Below, one piece after another: positions 37,693-47,264 of a DNA stretch of 55,247 bases. The stretch's first letter is position 1. The number at the start of each line of letters is the position of its first letter. The position numbers were made by a program, and so were the translations under genes. The notes below the pieces were generated by a model. That model was not told the DNA's origin. It saw only the letters and a list, made by a program, of their open reading frames with translations, and did not search any database. The stretch comes from Thermoplasmata archaeon (lineage in GTDB: Archaea > Thermoplasmatota > Thermoplasmata > Lutacidiplasmatales > UBA184): contig JASHOP010000098.1 in assembly GCA_030041075.1 (NCBI GenBank), positions 1 to 55,247 of the forward strand, in the 5' to 3' direction.

Positions 37693-39651
37693 GTGACTCC
37701 CGGCCGTCGACTCGCCGCGGTCATGTTCACCGATACGGTCGGGTACACGGCGTCGACCCACGCGGACGAGGCCCGGGGGCTCGAGCTGATGCGGCAGCAG
37801 GCCGAGCTGATCCGCCCGATCCTGGCGATCCACCACGGGCGCGAGATCAAGTCGACGGGCGACGGCTTTCTCGTCGAGTTCGACAGCGCCCTCAAGGCCA
37901 CGCTGTGCGCGATCGGGATCCAGCGCCGCGTGTTCGAGCGCACCGCCGAGGGGGGCGGGGAGCCGTTCCAGATCCGGATCGGGATCCATCTCGGCGACGT
38001 CGTGGAGCGCGACGGCGACATCCTCGGCGATGCGGTGAACATCGCCGCCCGTATCGAGCCGAGGGCCGAGCCCGGAGGGATCTGCGTCTCCGGCGCCGTG
38101 CACGACCAGGTCGAGAACAAGATACCGGACCGGCTGGAGCGGCTGCCGCCCGCGGAGCTCAAAGGGGTCGCGGGGACGATCGACGTCTACCGGATCGTTC
38201 TCCCCTGGGCCGGCTCGGCCGAGCCGCGGACGGGCCCCGTCGGTCCGGCGTCGAGCGCCCGGCTCGCGGTCCTCCCGTTCGTGAACATCAGCCCGGACCC
38301 GACCGACGAGTACTTCGCCGACGGCCTCACCGAGGAGCTGATCGCGGCCCTCGCGCTCGTCCCCGGCCTCAAGGTGATCGCCCGGACCTCCGTGATGAAC
38401 TACAAGCACAAGCCGAAGAAGGTCACCGAGATCGGCCAGGAGCTCGACGTCGGCACGATCGTCGAGGGGAGCGTCCGCCGGGCCGCGAACCGGATCCGGG
38501 TCACGATCCAGGTCATCGACGTCGCGACCGAGGAGCATCGCTGGGCGTCGAGCTACGACGACAACCTGGACGACGTCTTCGCGGTCCAGCGCGACATCGC
38601 CTCCCGGGTCGTCGCGGCGATCCCCGGCAACCTGCGTGCGGCGACCGCCCCCCTCCCGGAGCTCGACAAGGCCCGGGAGACCGGGAGCTACCTCGCCTAC
38701 CTGCAGGGGCAGGCGCTCATGTGGCGCCGGGAGGAGGCGCCGCTCCGCGAAGCGATCCGGTTCTTCGAGCAGGCGATCGCGCGGGACCCCACGTACGCCC
38801 GCGCCTACGCGGGGATCGCCCGGTCGTACGTCGGCCTGGGCATCGAAGGGTTCATCCCGTGGGAGGAGTCGATCTCGCGGGGGAGGGCGGCCGCCGAGAA
38901 GGCGGGCGCCCTCAACCCGGAGCTCGCGGAGGCCCACGCCCTCCTGGCCGAGTTCGCCTTCATGGCGGACGACCCGGACGAGGTCGTGAACCGGGAGGCG
39001 CGCCGGGCGATCCAGCTCAACCCGAACCTCGCCGAGGCCCACGACCTTCTCGGCCAGGTCGCGGGCGCGCTCGGGAACATCGAGCTGTACGTGAGCCAGG
39101 CGGAGATGGCGTACCAGCTCGACCCGCTGTCGATCCCCACGATCGCCTACCTCGGCCGGGCGTACTTCTTCGCCGGTCGCCTCGACGAGGCGCTCGCCCA
39201 CTGGAGGCGGACCGTGCACCTCGACCCGCACAATGCGTATCGGGGGATGGCCGACCTCGCGATGCTGAAGGGCGACTTCGGTCAGGCGGAGGCGTCCGTG
39301 CGGGAGCTCGAGCGGATGGCGCCGACGAGCGATTTCGCGCTGCTGTCCCGGGGCTACCTCGCCGCGCTGCAGGGCGACCGGGCGACGGCGATGGAAGCGA
39401 TCCGCAAGCTGAAGGTGACCTTCGGAGAGGGGTACGCCCGTCTCTCCTCGGTCGGGTTCATCTACCTCGCGCTGGGGGACCGCGACCGGTTCTTCGAGCA
39501 GATGTTCACCGCAGCCCGGTCCCACACCCTCCAGATCTCGCGCCTACGGTTCTCCCCTCTCTTCAGCGAGGTGCGCAAGGACCCGAGGTTCCTCGAGCTC
39601 CTGGCGCTGGACTCGCCCCGCCGTACTGCGACGCCGAACTCTCCGCCGTAG
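37693..39651 (+). CDS. Class III adenylate/guanylate cyclase with TolB-N-like and TPR domains
   Basis: FTDTVG, KSTGDG, RIGIH.GD and DILGDAVNIAAR; then LAVLPFVN..YFADGLTEELI; then helical repeats. TATA TTAAT at 37665-37669. Confidence 0.92.
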   Translation: MTPGRRLAAVMFTDTVGYTASTHADEARGLELMRQQAELIRPILAIHHGREIKSTGDGFLVEFDSALKATLCAIGIQRRVFERTAEGGGEPFQIRIGIHLGDVVERDGDILGDAVNIAARIEPRAEPGGICVSGAVHDQVENKIPDRLERLPPAELKGVAGTIDVYRIVLPWAGSAEPRTGPVGPASSARLAVLPFVNISPDPTDEYFADGLTEELIAALALVPGLKVIARTSVMNYKHKPKKVTEIGQELDVGTIVEGSVRRAANRIRVTIQVIDVATEEHRWASSYDDNLDDVFAVQRDIASRVVAAIPGNLRAATAPLPELDKARETGSYLAYLQGQALMWRREEAPLREAIRFFEQAIARDPTYARAYAGIARSYVGLGIEGFIPWEESISRGRAAAEKAGALNPELAEAHALLAEFAFMADDPDEVVNREARRAIQLNPNLAEAHDLLGQVAGALGNIELYVSQAEMAYQLDPLSIPTIAYLGRAYFFAGRLDEALAHWRRTVHLDPHNAYRGMADLAMLKGDFGQAEASVRELERMAPTSDFALLSRGYLAALQGDRATAMEAIRKLKVTFGEGYARLSSVGFIYLALGDRDRFFEQMFTAARSHTLQISRLRFSPLFSEVRKDPRFLELLALDSPRRTATPNSPP

Positions 39652-40189
39652 GCAGGCCCGGTTCCCGCGCGGCCCGCTCGGGCCGAGATAGGCGGCCGCA
39701 CGGGAGGGCTCCGATCGAGCGGCGCCGCGGGACGCAGCCTTCCCCCCACCCCCGTCCCGCGGTACCGCACCGGCTCGTCATCGATCCCGCCCGCAAGGGC
39801 ACGCATCCTTCGCTCCACCCTTCGCCCGCCCGACCGGCTCGAGCGCGGTTGGCGGCGCCTGACCCCGCTCGGGTCCGGTCCGCGCGGCGTCGGAACGAGG
39901 GGAACGCGGGCCGGTCCGCAGGACGGCGATCGGGAAACCCCGAGAGGCGGCCCGGGCCGAGAAGTCTCGCTCGAAGACCGGAGCGGAGGGCCACGTTCGC
40001 TCGCCAAACCGGGAGCGGCCGGACGCCCGGGACGGAGGCGGTGACGACCGGGGATTACCTCGCGCCACCAAACCCTCATGAGCTGAGCCGGTCGCTGCGC
40101 GGGAGTTCTCTCGATACGCCGGTCCCGGTGCGGCTGCCGCGCGGTCGGCCAAAGCGGGATAGGCCGGCTCCCCCTAGGGGCGGGGCAGG

Positions 40190-41293
40190 ATGTCGACATC
40201 GAGGGCACGGACTCCCGTATTCCAGATCCGTTCCCACGTATCGGCCCCGCCCGGTAGCGTCTTCCCTGCCCTCTGGGGCGAGCTCTCTTCTTCGCTTCTT
40301 CAGCGGGGGTGGCTCATCGACCGCGAAACCGGCGGTAGGCTGCGGAGGCCCGGAAAGCGGTCGCCGCGGGAGGACGCCGGGTACGTGGAGCGCTGGGATC
40401 CCCCGTACGAGGCGCGGGTGATCTGGAAACCGGGGGCCGCCAGGACGGGGAGACCCCCGCGTCTATCGATCCGGTGCCGGGGCGAGGGATCGGGGACGAC
40501 GATCCTGGTCGAGCACTCGGGCGGCACGAGCCTGCGGGGGGCTCCCCGCGAGGAGCAGGAGCTGGGGTGGCTGGCGACCGAGGTCGTGGCCCCGCTCCTT
40601 CTGGCGATCGCGCCGGCCCGTCTGGCCGAGTGGGCGGACGATCGCGGGGGTCGGAGGCCCTCGGGTCCGAGCAGCCGTGCCCTCTACAAGGAGCCGATCT
40701 ATCACCTGCCAGGCTTCCACGCGATCCTCGAGGGCCTGGCGCTCCGGAAGGACGATCTCCTGCTGGAGGTGGGGTGCGGCGGCGGGGCGCTGCTCAAGAG
40801 GGCGCTGGCCACGGGGTGCACCGCCGCCGCGGTCGATCACAGCGCGGAGATGCTGGCCGTGGCCTCCCAGCAGAACGCGCGGGCTCTGGCCGCCGGCCAC
40901 CTCCAGCTTCGGTACGGCGATGCCACCGCGTTGCCGTTCCCCGGCGAACGGTTCACGTGCGCGGTCATGTCCGGGGTCCTTCCATGGCTCCCCGATCCCG
41001 TCAGCGCGTTCCGGGAGGTGTTCCGGACCCTCCGACCGGGCGGACGGTTCGTCGCGTGGACCAGCACGCCCAAGATGTACGGAACTCCCGCGGTCGGCCC
41101 AAAGCGACGGGGAGGCGCCCGCCTGTACGACGATCGCGCGCTGACCCGATTCGCCCGAAAGGCCGGCTTCTCGGACATTCGTGTCGATCATCCGGACCTC
41201 CGACCGGTCGCCAGGGCGGTCCGGGTCCCCCGGTCCGCCCGATTCCTCTTCGGCCCCGAGTACGGCGTTCTGCTGTGGGCCCGCCGAGGCTGA
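40190..41293 (+). CDS. SRPBCC(START)-like domain fused to class I SAM methyltransferase
   Basis: N-terminal VSAPPGSVF..GYVERWDPP..GTTILVEHSG; C-terminal LEVGCGGG, GDATALPF and LRPGG. Confidence 0.75.
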   Translation: MSTSRARTPVFQIRSHVSAPPGSVFPALWGELSSSLLQRGWLIDRETGGRLRRPGKRSPREDAGYVERWDPPYEARVIWKPGAARTGRPPRLSIRCRGEGSGTTILVEHSGGTSLRGAPREEQELGWLATEVVAPLLLAIAPARLAEWADDRGGRRPSGPSSRALYKEPIYHLPGFHAILEGLALRKDDLLLEVGCGGGALLKRALATGCTAAAVDHSAEMLAVASQQNARALAAGHLQLRYGDATALPFPGERFTCAVMSGVLPWLPDPVSAFREVFRTLRPGGRFVAWTSTPKMYGTPAVGPKRRGGARLYDDRALTRFARKAGFSDIRVDHPDLRPVARAVRVPRSARFLFGPEYGVLLWARRG

Positions 41294-41319
41294 GTATCGG
41301 CCGTTCCGACGGGTCCGGG

Positions 41320-41530
41320 GAGAGTCCAGGAGCGCCGCCGCGGCAGGTCGTCCACGAGCCGGTCGAGATCGCGGCGCCGGTTCGCCGTGCTCCGACGGAC
41401 GGATCCGAACCGATGGACCCGTATCGCCCCGTCCGCTCGAGCAAGGGCTACCACCCCGTCCGTCGGGCCCGAGGATCTCCTCGCTCCGAGCCGCTCACCG
41501 GCCTCGACCTTCCGGACCGGGGACGACGCG
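41320..41530 (-). pseudogene. Degenerate minimal nucleotidyltransferase (MNT antitoxin-like) remnant
   Basis: LARADGAIRVHRFGSVRRSTANRRRDLDRLVD contains an exact GS-x10-DxD. The C-terminal half is not recognisable. Confidence 0.55.
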
Positions 41531-41714
41531 GCGACCACCACCCGACGCGTCGGAACCAATGAAGTTCGACCAACGGCCCCGGCTGGACGGTGGGGGGGCA
41601 CGAACCGATCCACGGCCCCATGACCCACGGAGCAGGATGACGCACGGTACGTCGCTCGCGTCGCGCCAAGGGCGCGCGTCGTGGGCTCGCCCGGGCTGAC
41701 CTTCCGGGTCTCCG

Positions 41715-42362
41715 TCACGCGGGTCGCGCAGTCCCCGGTTCGGGATCGGGGGGATCGCTCGCCGCCGCGACCACGGGCCCCGGAGGGGGAGTGTACGGGC
41801 GGAACTCGCGGGCGAGGAGCCCCATCATCTCACAGTCGCGATACTCCCCATCGACGCGAAAATTCTCCCGGGCCCACCCTTCGGAGCGAAAGCCCAGCCG
41901 CCGGAGAACCGCCCTAGACGCCGGATTGCCCCGGACGACCCCCGTCTCGATCCGGTGAAGACGCAGGGTCCGGAACGCCTCCTGGCAGAGCCGGGAGGCG
42001 GCTTCGGAGGCGATCCCCTGCCCCCAGAACGGCCGGGCGACCCAGTAGCCGATGTGGGCGCGCCGGTCCCGGAGCGAACGGATCTCGAGCCCGCACGAGC
42101 CGACGTACTCCCCGGAGCCGCGGATCGCGATCGCGAGCCTGTAGCCGTCGCCCGAGCGAAGGGTGGCCCGCGCGCTTCGAACGAACGCCGTTCCGTCCGC
42201 GAGATCGTACTGCGGCCAAAGGGGGATCGTGCGGGAGACCTCCCGATCGCTCAGCCACCGGGCGATCCGGGGAGGGTCGCGGAGCGAGTAGGCCCGGAGA
42301 AGGAGGCGTGGCGTTCTCAGCGGAAGGCGTAGGCGGGGGAGGTTGACCCTGGGCGGTGGCAT
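41715..42362 (-). CDS. RimJ/RimL-family GNAT acetyltransferase
   Basis: LRTPRLLLR, IGYW..FWGQGIASEA and NPASRAVLRRLGFRSEG motifs. Start at the ATG at 42362. Confidence 0.9.
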   Translation of the reverse strand: MPPPRVNLPRLRLPLRTPRLLLRAYSLRDPPRIARWLSDREVSRTIPLWPQYDLADGTAFVRSARATLRSGDGYRLAIAIRGSGEYVGSCGLEIRSLRDRRAHIGYWVARPFWGQGIASEAASRLCQEAFRTLRLHRIETGVVRGNPASRAVLRRLGFRSEGWARENFRVDGEYRDCEMMGLLAREFRPYTPPPGPVVAAASDPPDPEPGTARPA

Positions 42363-42664
42363 CCGAAGACCGCGGTAGGTCCCCGGCGCCTTGACGGTTT
42401 GCAAGGTTCGCGAGGACAGGCGCGGTTCCCGACGGACCCTCGTCGTATCGACCGGCATCGCGGCGCTCCGTGGAGGATCCGGCTCCCGTGCGTGTCGGGG
42501 ACGGTTGACGAGCCCGGTCGGGGTCGTCGGGGAACGAATTCCGTAGCGTCCCGAAGGCCGTCGTGAGGAGGATCGTCCCGCCCGCCCCGCTGGTGACGCC
42601 CAGCCCATGTTCGGCGACCATCGCCCGGACCCCCCGGGAGACCGGTGGCGCACCGGGCCCCCGG

Positions 42665-43066
42665 TCACCGGGCGGACCCGGTCCGAGGGCCGACCAGTTC
42701 CTCCGGGGCGAAGGTACGGCTACGACGAGGGTGGCACGTCACGTAGACGAGTCGGGTCGTCGCGCGGAGACTCCGTCGCGACCGTTTCGGGACGAGATGG
42801 ACGCTTCCCGGTCCAAAGGGGATTGACTGCGCGTCGATCTCCAGTGTTCCGTGTCCTCGCAGCCCTACCAGGAGCACGTCGACCGCTCCGTTGACGTGCC
42901 GCGCGACTCCGTGCCGGGGAAGCCACGCCACGAGGTTTACGTCGAGAGCCTCGCCGGCGACGCTCCAGCGGACCCCTTCCCCGGCCGAGCGCGCGACCCG
43001 ATCGACCGCGTCGGCGCGAACGCCGCCCGCACCGCCGTCCTTCGCCGTCGGCGGTCGGACCGACAT
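42665..43066 (-). CDS. Cupin domain protein
   Basis: NLVAW..HGVARHVN..DVLLVGLRGHG and LVPKRSRRS motifs. TATA TTAAAT at 43091-43096. Confidence 0.75.
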   Translation of the reverse strand: MSVRPPTAKDGGAGGVRADAVDRVARSAGEGVRWSVAGEALDVNLVAWLPRHGVARHVNGAVDVLLVGLRGHGTLEIDAQSIPFGPGSVHLVPKRSRRSLRATTRLVYVTCHPRRSRTFAPEELVGPRTGSAR

Positions 43067-43332
43067 GGTGCGGCGGATTCGAGCGCACGGATTTAACCCT
43101 CCGCGATCGCGTCCCGTCGGCCGGTCCCCGACGGGATCGGAGTCGGACCCGCCGGCGCCCGGGTCCGGTCGTCCGCAGCGCGCTCGCGTCGTGTCGGACA
43201 CGGAGCCGCTTCGCGGTCGTTCCCTACCGCGCGACTCGTGCGGTCCGGGCGGGGCGCGAGGGCCTGCGGGCGGGCACCGGCACCGGACCCGCGCGGACGG
43301 GCCGCGTCCGCCCGACGCACGGACGTCGGGGA

Positions 43333-44598
43333 TCACCCCGGACCGTCGGGCTCAAGGACGGCCCGGTAGCAGCTCAGGAATTCGTCGGCCATCCGGCCGG
43401 CCGAGCCGTGTTCCACGACCCACGCGCGGGCCCGATGGGCGAGCTGACGTGCCGAGTTCGGGTCCGCTAGGAGCTGGTCGATCGCCGCGGCAACCCCCGC
43501 GGCGTCGTCCGGGTCGACGATCCGGCAGGCCTCCGAACGCCGAGCGATCTCTCCCGGACCGCCGTGGGAGGTCACGACGCACGCCGCTCCGGCGGACATC
43601 GCCTCGAGGAGGGCCACGGAGGAGGTGTCCGATAGCGACGGGAGAACGAAGACCGAGGTCTGCGCCAGGAGCGCGGGCTTCTCGGCTTCGGCCACCGGCC
43701 CGACGTACCGTGCCCGAACGGACAGGACCGCGCTGGAGCGCATCCGAGCCGCCATCGCGGCACGCTGCGGTCCCTCGCCTCCCAGGATGGCGATCCACGG
43801 GGTGTCGTTCCGCAGTCGCTCGACCGCGTCCAGGAACCGGTGGACGCCCTTGTCGCGGGTGAGGCGGCCCAGGAAGGTGACCAGCGTCGGTCGAGTCGAC
43901 CCCAGCCGGGCCCGCCAATCCGGCGCGGAGATGCCCGGCCGGAAGGTCTCGGTATCGACCCCGTTCTCGACCACCCGCGGTAGACCCGACCGGGCCGGCC
44001 GACCGGGGCGCTGGAGGAGCCTCGCCGCGGACGCCGTGGGCGCGGTCGCGAGCTCCGACGAGCGACAGAGGTCGATGCTGAACCGCCCCCAGGCGCGGTA
44101 GAACGCGCGCGATACCCTCGACCTCCCGGACCCGCGAAGCAGCTCCGAGAGGTGGGTGTGGTAGGTGCCGACGATCGGCAGCCTCCAGGTCCGGGCCGCG
44201 AGCCAGCCGGCCACGCCGACGAATCCCGGTGTGTGAACGTGGACGACGTCGAACCGCCTCCGCACCATGACGGTCGCGGTCCAAGGAAAGAGGGCCACGA
44301 GGTACTGGGGATACTTGGGTGCCGGCAGCGCGAGGAAGCGCCGGATGCGGAGCCCATCGTCGCGGCTCTCGCTCCGCTCCGTCCCCCGCGGTCGCACGGT
44401 GAAGACGGTCACCTCGTGCCCCGAGCGCCGCAGCGCTCGGCCCAGGGTCTCGGTCACGTTCGCCACGCCGTCGTGGGTGGGGGGGAAAGTGTCGGTGAAG
44501 AACGCCACACGCAGCCTCGTCCGGGCGGGCGGAGCCGGGGCGATGACGGGACGGTCGCCGACGGGGCCCGAGGCGAGCTGGCCTGAGCGGGTCTCCAT
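43333..44598 (-). CDS. GT4 family glycosyltransferase
   Basis: FTDTFPP..DGV, VHVHTPG, NGVD, GRL..DKG and DT..VALLEAMSAG motifs. Confidence 0.92.
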   Translation of the reverse strand: METRSGQLASGPVGDRPVIAPAPPARTRLRVAFFTDTFPPTHDGVANVTETLGRALRRSGHEVTVFTVRPRGTERSESRDDGLRIRRFLALPAPKYPQYLVALFPWTATVMVRRRFDVVHVHTPGFVGVAGWLAARTWRLPIVGTYHTHLSELLRGSGRSRVSRAFYRAWGRFSIDLCRSSELATAPTASAARLLQRPGRPARSGLPRVVENGVDTETFRPGISAPDWRARLGSTRPTLVTFLGRLTRDKGVHRFLDAVERLRNDTPWIAILGGEGPQRAAMAARMRSSAVLSVRARYVGPVAEAEKPALLAQTSVFVLPSLSDTSSVALLEAMSAGAACVVTSHGGPGEIARRSEACRIVDPDDAAGVAAAIDQLLADPNSARQLAHRARAWVVEHGSAGRMADEFLSCYRAVLEPDGPG

Positions 44599-44836
44599 CG
44601 TTCAGCGGTCGGGAGGCGATCCCCCCATCGGTAGCCCCGGCCGTACTTCGCGAAGACCCCCTCGGGCGCGGTCCGGGGCCCACCGAGCGTGGGGATCGGG
44701 CCGCGACCCCGGGTTCCGGGCTACACGGTCAACGGATCGGTGGCCGGGGCCATCGCCTCCTGGGCGACCCGGTCGCCGGCCCCGCGGGCGTGGCGGCCGG
44801 TCTTGAGGAGGAGAGACCGCGGGTCCCGAGCACCGG

Positions 44837-45244
44837 TCAGGCGTACTTACCCTTCGGGCGAAGGAACCGCACGACGTAACCGTCCGGGTCGTTCACCATG
44901 AACGCGGTGCCGTAGAGTCGTTCCGAGAGCGGCGAGTCGATCGGTGCCTTCGCCGCCTTGGCCAGGTCGTAGATCTTCTCGACCGGGTCCAGCTCCACCG
45001 TGATCATCACGCCCGCGCCGAGTGGAGTGCTGACCCAGTCCGCGTAGTCCTTGGCCATCCCTCGACGGTCCGTCGGGATCCGCCCGAGGGCGATGACGGC
45101 GTCCCCGATTCCCACGCCGGCGTAGTTCAGCCGATCGTCGTCGCCCGTGTCCTCCCACCGGGTGTCGAACCCGAGCGACGAGTAGAACTTCACCGAGCGT
45201 TCCACGTCCTTGACGTTGAGCATGATGCTCATCTCGGCCCTCAT
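44837..45244 (-). CDS. VOC/glyoxalase family protein
   Basis: LNVKDVERSVKFYSSLGF and DPDGY motifs. Start at the ATG at 45244; TATA TATTAA at 45279-45284. Confidence 0.87.
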   Translation of the reverse strand: MRAEMSIMLNVKDVERSVKFYSSLGFDTRWEDTGDDDRLNYAGVGIGDAVIALGRIPTDRRGMAKDYADWVSTPLGAGVMITVELDPVEKIYDLAKAAKAPIDSPLSERLYGTAFMVNDPDGYVVRFLRPKGKYA

Positions 45245-45420
45245 CGGTGCTCCCCCGCTTCCCGACGACTGCGGGGGGTTAATAGGCTGAGGCGGACCGG
45301 ACATACCTTCGGGCCCTGAGAGGCGCTGCCCGCGGACGCGCGGCGGCGGACCTCGCACCGAACCATCGAGCGTCCGCGGAGTCGGCCGTCGGGTGACCGG
45401 AGCCCGTCCGGGTCGCGAGC

Positions 45421-45773
45421 CGGGATCGTTGGAGATCGCCGGCGCCCCCCGCGCCATGACCTCGGCGGTAGTGGTGCGGTCGTGAAGCTCGGCGACGGCG
45501 AGGTCCGTAACCCGCTCCCAAGCGGCCCCGGGCATCGCCGTGACGGTGAACGTGGGGGAAGAAAGGAGACGGCGGAGCGCCTCGTGGAACAACCCCGGCA
45601 CCGGCCGGACCCTCCCGCACCCCTTCGGGTGAACGTCACGAACCCGGCCAAGGCGACAGGGGGAAGCCGCCGATGGGCCCGGCGGGACTCGACCCCACGA
45701 AGGACGCCAACCGCCTTCGGGGTAAGCGATCCCGAAGGTATCGGCCGATGGCGATCGTTTCGGCGACGTGACC
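45421..45773 (-). pseudogene. Frameshifted PIN-domain (VapC-like) toxin pseudogene
   Basis: Three successive frames give HVAETIAIGRYLRDRLP, then PKAVGVLRGVES..LPPVALAGFVTFTRRG, then LFHEALRRL..ELHDRTTTAEVMARGAPAISND. Confidence 0.65.
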
Positions 45774-45985
45774 GTGCGCCAGGACCGCTCGCGCCGGAGC
45801 GATCGCCGGTCCTTCTCGAATGTGCCGGTCGAGAACCCCCCTGGAGCATTCCGCGAAGCGAGGGCCGAGCACGCCGAGTCAGAGTCGCCCTGCCCTTGCG
45901 AGCGCGCGGAGGGCCGGATTAGCCGGGCCGACCGCCCTCCGCGGACTCCCCGCCGTCCGACGGTCGCCGGTGCGTTCGACGTGGC

Positions 45986-46951
45986 CTACGGAAGGGTGAA
46001 CACGAGCCGCCGTTCCCCGCCGGTCCTTCCCCAGTGGTTCTCCACGCTCGGCATCGGTTGCACCTCGACGTCGACCCGGAACCGGGTGGACCGAAGGGCG
46101 GCCAAGAACTCGCGGGTCCCCTCGACGATCTCGTCGTCCGTGGAGGCACCGATCCCGCTGCCCCGGATCTCCAGACCCGAGCTCCGGAGCGTCGCCGACG
46201 GCAACGGCACCGTCGGACCGGCCATCGAGCCCACGGACACATAGCGCACGCTCGAGTTCCCCCGAGGGGCTTCGGGTCCGCCGAGCGCGCCGAGGAGTAC
46301 TTCGGCGGGCGGGCCCCACAAGTAGTCGATCACGACGCCGATCTGAGCGTCCCGGGCCAGCTCCCGCACCCGCGACCGGACCGACTCGGAAGGTTCGGCC
46401 AGGCTGACCACCGCCGTAGCGCCCAGGGAGCCCAGCGCAGCCAGCTTGGAGGGATCTCTTCCGGTGGCGAGCACCGACTTCGCGCCCAGGTGGCGAGCGA
46501 TCTGGATCGCGAGCCGGCCGGCTCCGCCGGTCGCCCCGTGGATGAGCACGGACTCTCCGGGTCGCACCGGAGCCAGTCGAGTCAACGGAATCCAGGCCGA
46601 CACGCCCGGGATCGCCGCGGCGGCGACCGTGACGTCCGATAGTCCGTCGGGGACCGGGACGGCTCGGCCCGGAGGGACCGCGACGCTCTCGGCCATCGCA
46701 CCATACGGAGGTCGCGCCCCCCGGAAGTACACCCGGCCGCCGTCCGCGGTTCTCCCGACCCCGTCGACCCCGGCCACGAACGGAAGCTGGCTCCCGGCGC
46801 TGTAGTGCGATCCCGAGGCTCGGGAAAGCACCAGGGGATTCACCGCCGCCGCGGAGACCGATACGAGGCGCTCGTCCGGCCGGACGGGCGGCTCCGGGAA
46901 ATCGCTCCAGGACGGCGGAGATCCGAACGCCCGGACGACGGCCGCTTTCAT
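45986..46951 (-). CDS. MDR-family (zinc-binding ADH/quinone oxidoreductase-like) protein
   Basis: MKAAVV, GVDGVG, GATGGAG and DYLWG motifs. Confidence 0.9.
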   Translation of the reverse strand: MKAAVVRAFGSPPSWSDFPEPPVRPDERLVSVSAAAVNPLVLSRASGSHYSAGSQLPFVAGVDGVGRTADGGRVYFRGARPPYGAMAESVAVPPGRAVPVPDGLSDVTVAAAAIPGVSAWIPLTRLAPVRPGESVLIHGATGGAGRLAIQIARHLGAKSVLATGRDPSKLAALGSLGATAVVSLAEPSESVRSRVRELARDAQIGVVIDYLWGPPAEVLLGALGGPEAPRGNSSVRYVSVGSMAGPTVPLPSATLRSSGLEIRGSGIGASTDDEIVEGTREFLAALRSTRFRVDVEVQPMPSVENHWGRTGGERRLVFTLP

Positions 46952-47264
46952 GGCGACAACACCGACTTGACCCGCCCGTACATGGCCTTAGCCCAACCTC
47001 CTGAGGCTCGTGTACAGACCGTCGCCGAGCCCCCACGTCAACGGGAGGCGCGCTGGGTCCGGGCGCAGACGGCCGCTCCGCATACGGCGCCCGAGGACGG
47101 TCGTAGGCGGCTTCGGGGAAGGAATACCCCCGGGAGCCCGGCGAGGCGGGCGGGCCGCGGACTCCCGACCGACGCCGAAGTGAGGGTAACGCCACCTTTA
47201 TCCCGCTCGCAGAAGTCGAGGAGAGCCATCGAGGGCGTTCACCCGCGGGCCCGACGGATCGTCC

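Noticed and set aside
35812..39651. DNA methyltransferase plus cyclase as a Pycsar/CBASS-like or R-M defence system
   Set aside because: Each gene has its own TATA and they are 303 bp apart. No cNMP-binding effector or nuclease is present, and the cyclase architecture is a common signalling type.
42500..42621. Short hydrophobic peptide MVAEHGLGVTSGAGGTILLTTAFG on the minus strand, a possible transporter fragment
   Set aside because: Too short, with no diagnostic motif to support a pseudogene call.
45674..45700. Minus-strand TCGTGGGGTCGAGTCCCGCCGGGCCCA resembling a tRNA-Ile 3' end or att site
   Set aside because: The T-loop is non-canonical, and there is no 5' half or integrase. The bases also encode RGVESRRAH within the PIN pseudogene.
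47190..47264. Possible SAM-I riboswitch upstream of the sulfur-related operon (TTATC...GAGGG)
   Set aside because: It lacks the ATCAAGAG core, the GCAACC motif and P1 pairing; TTTAT is better explained as a TATA box.
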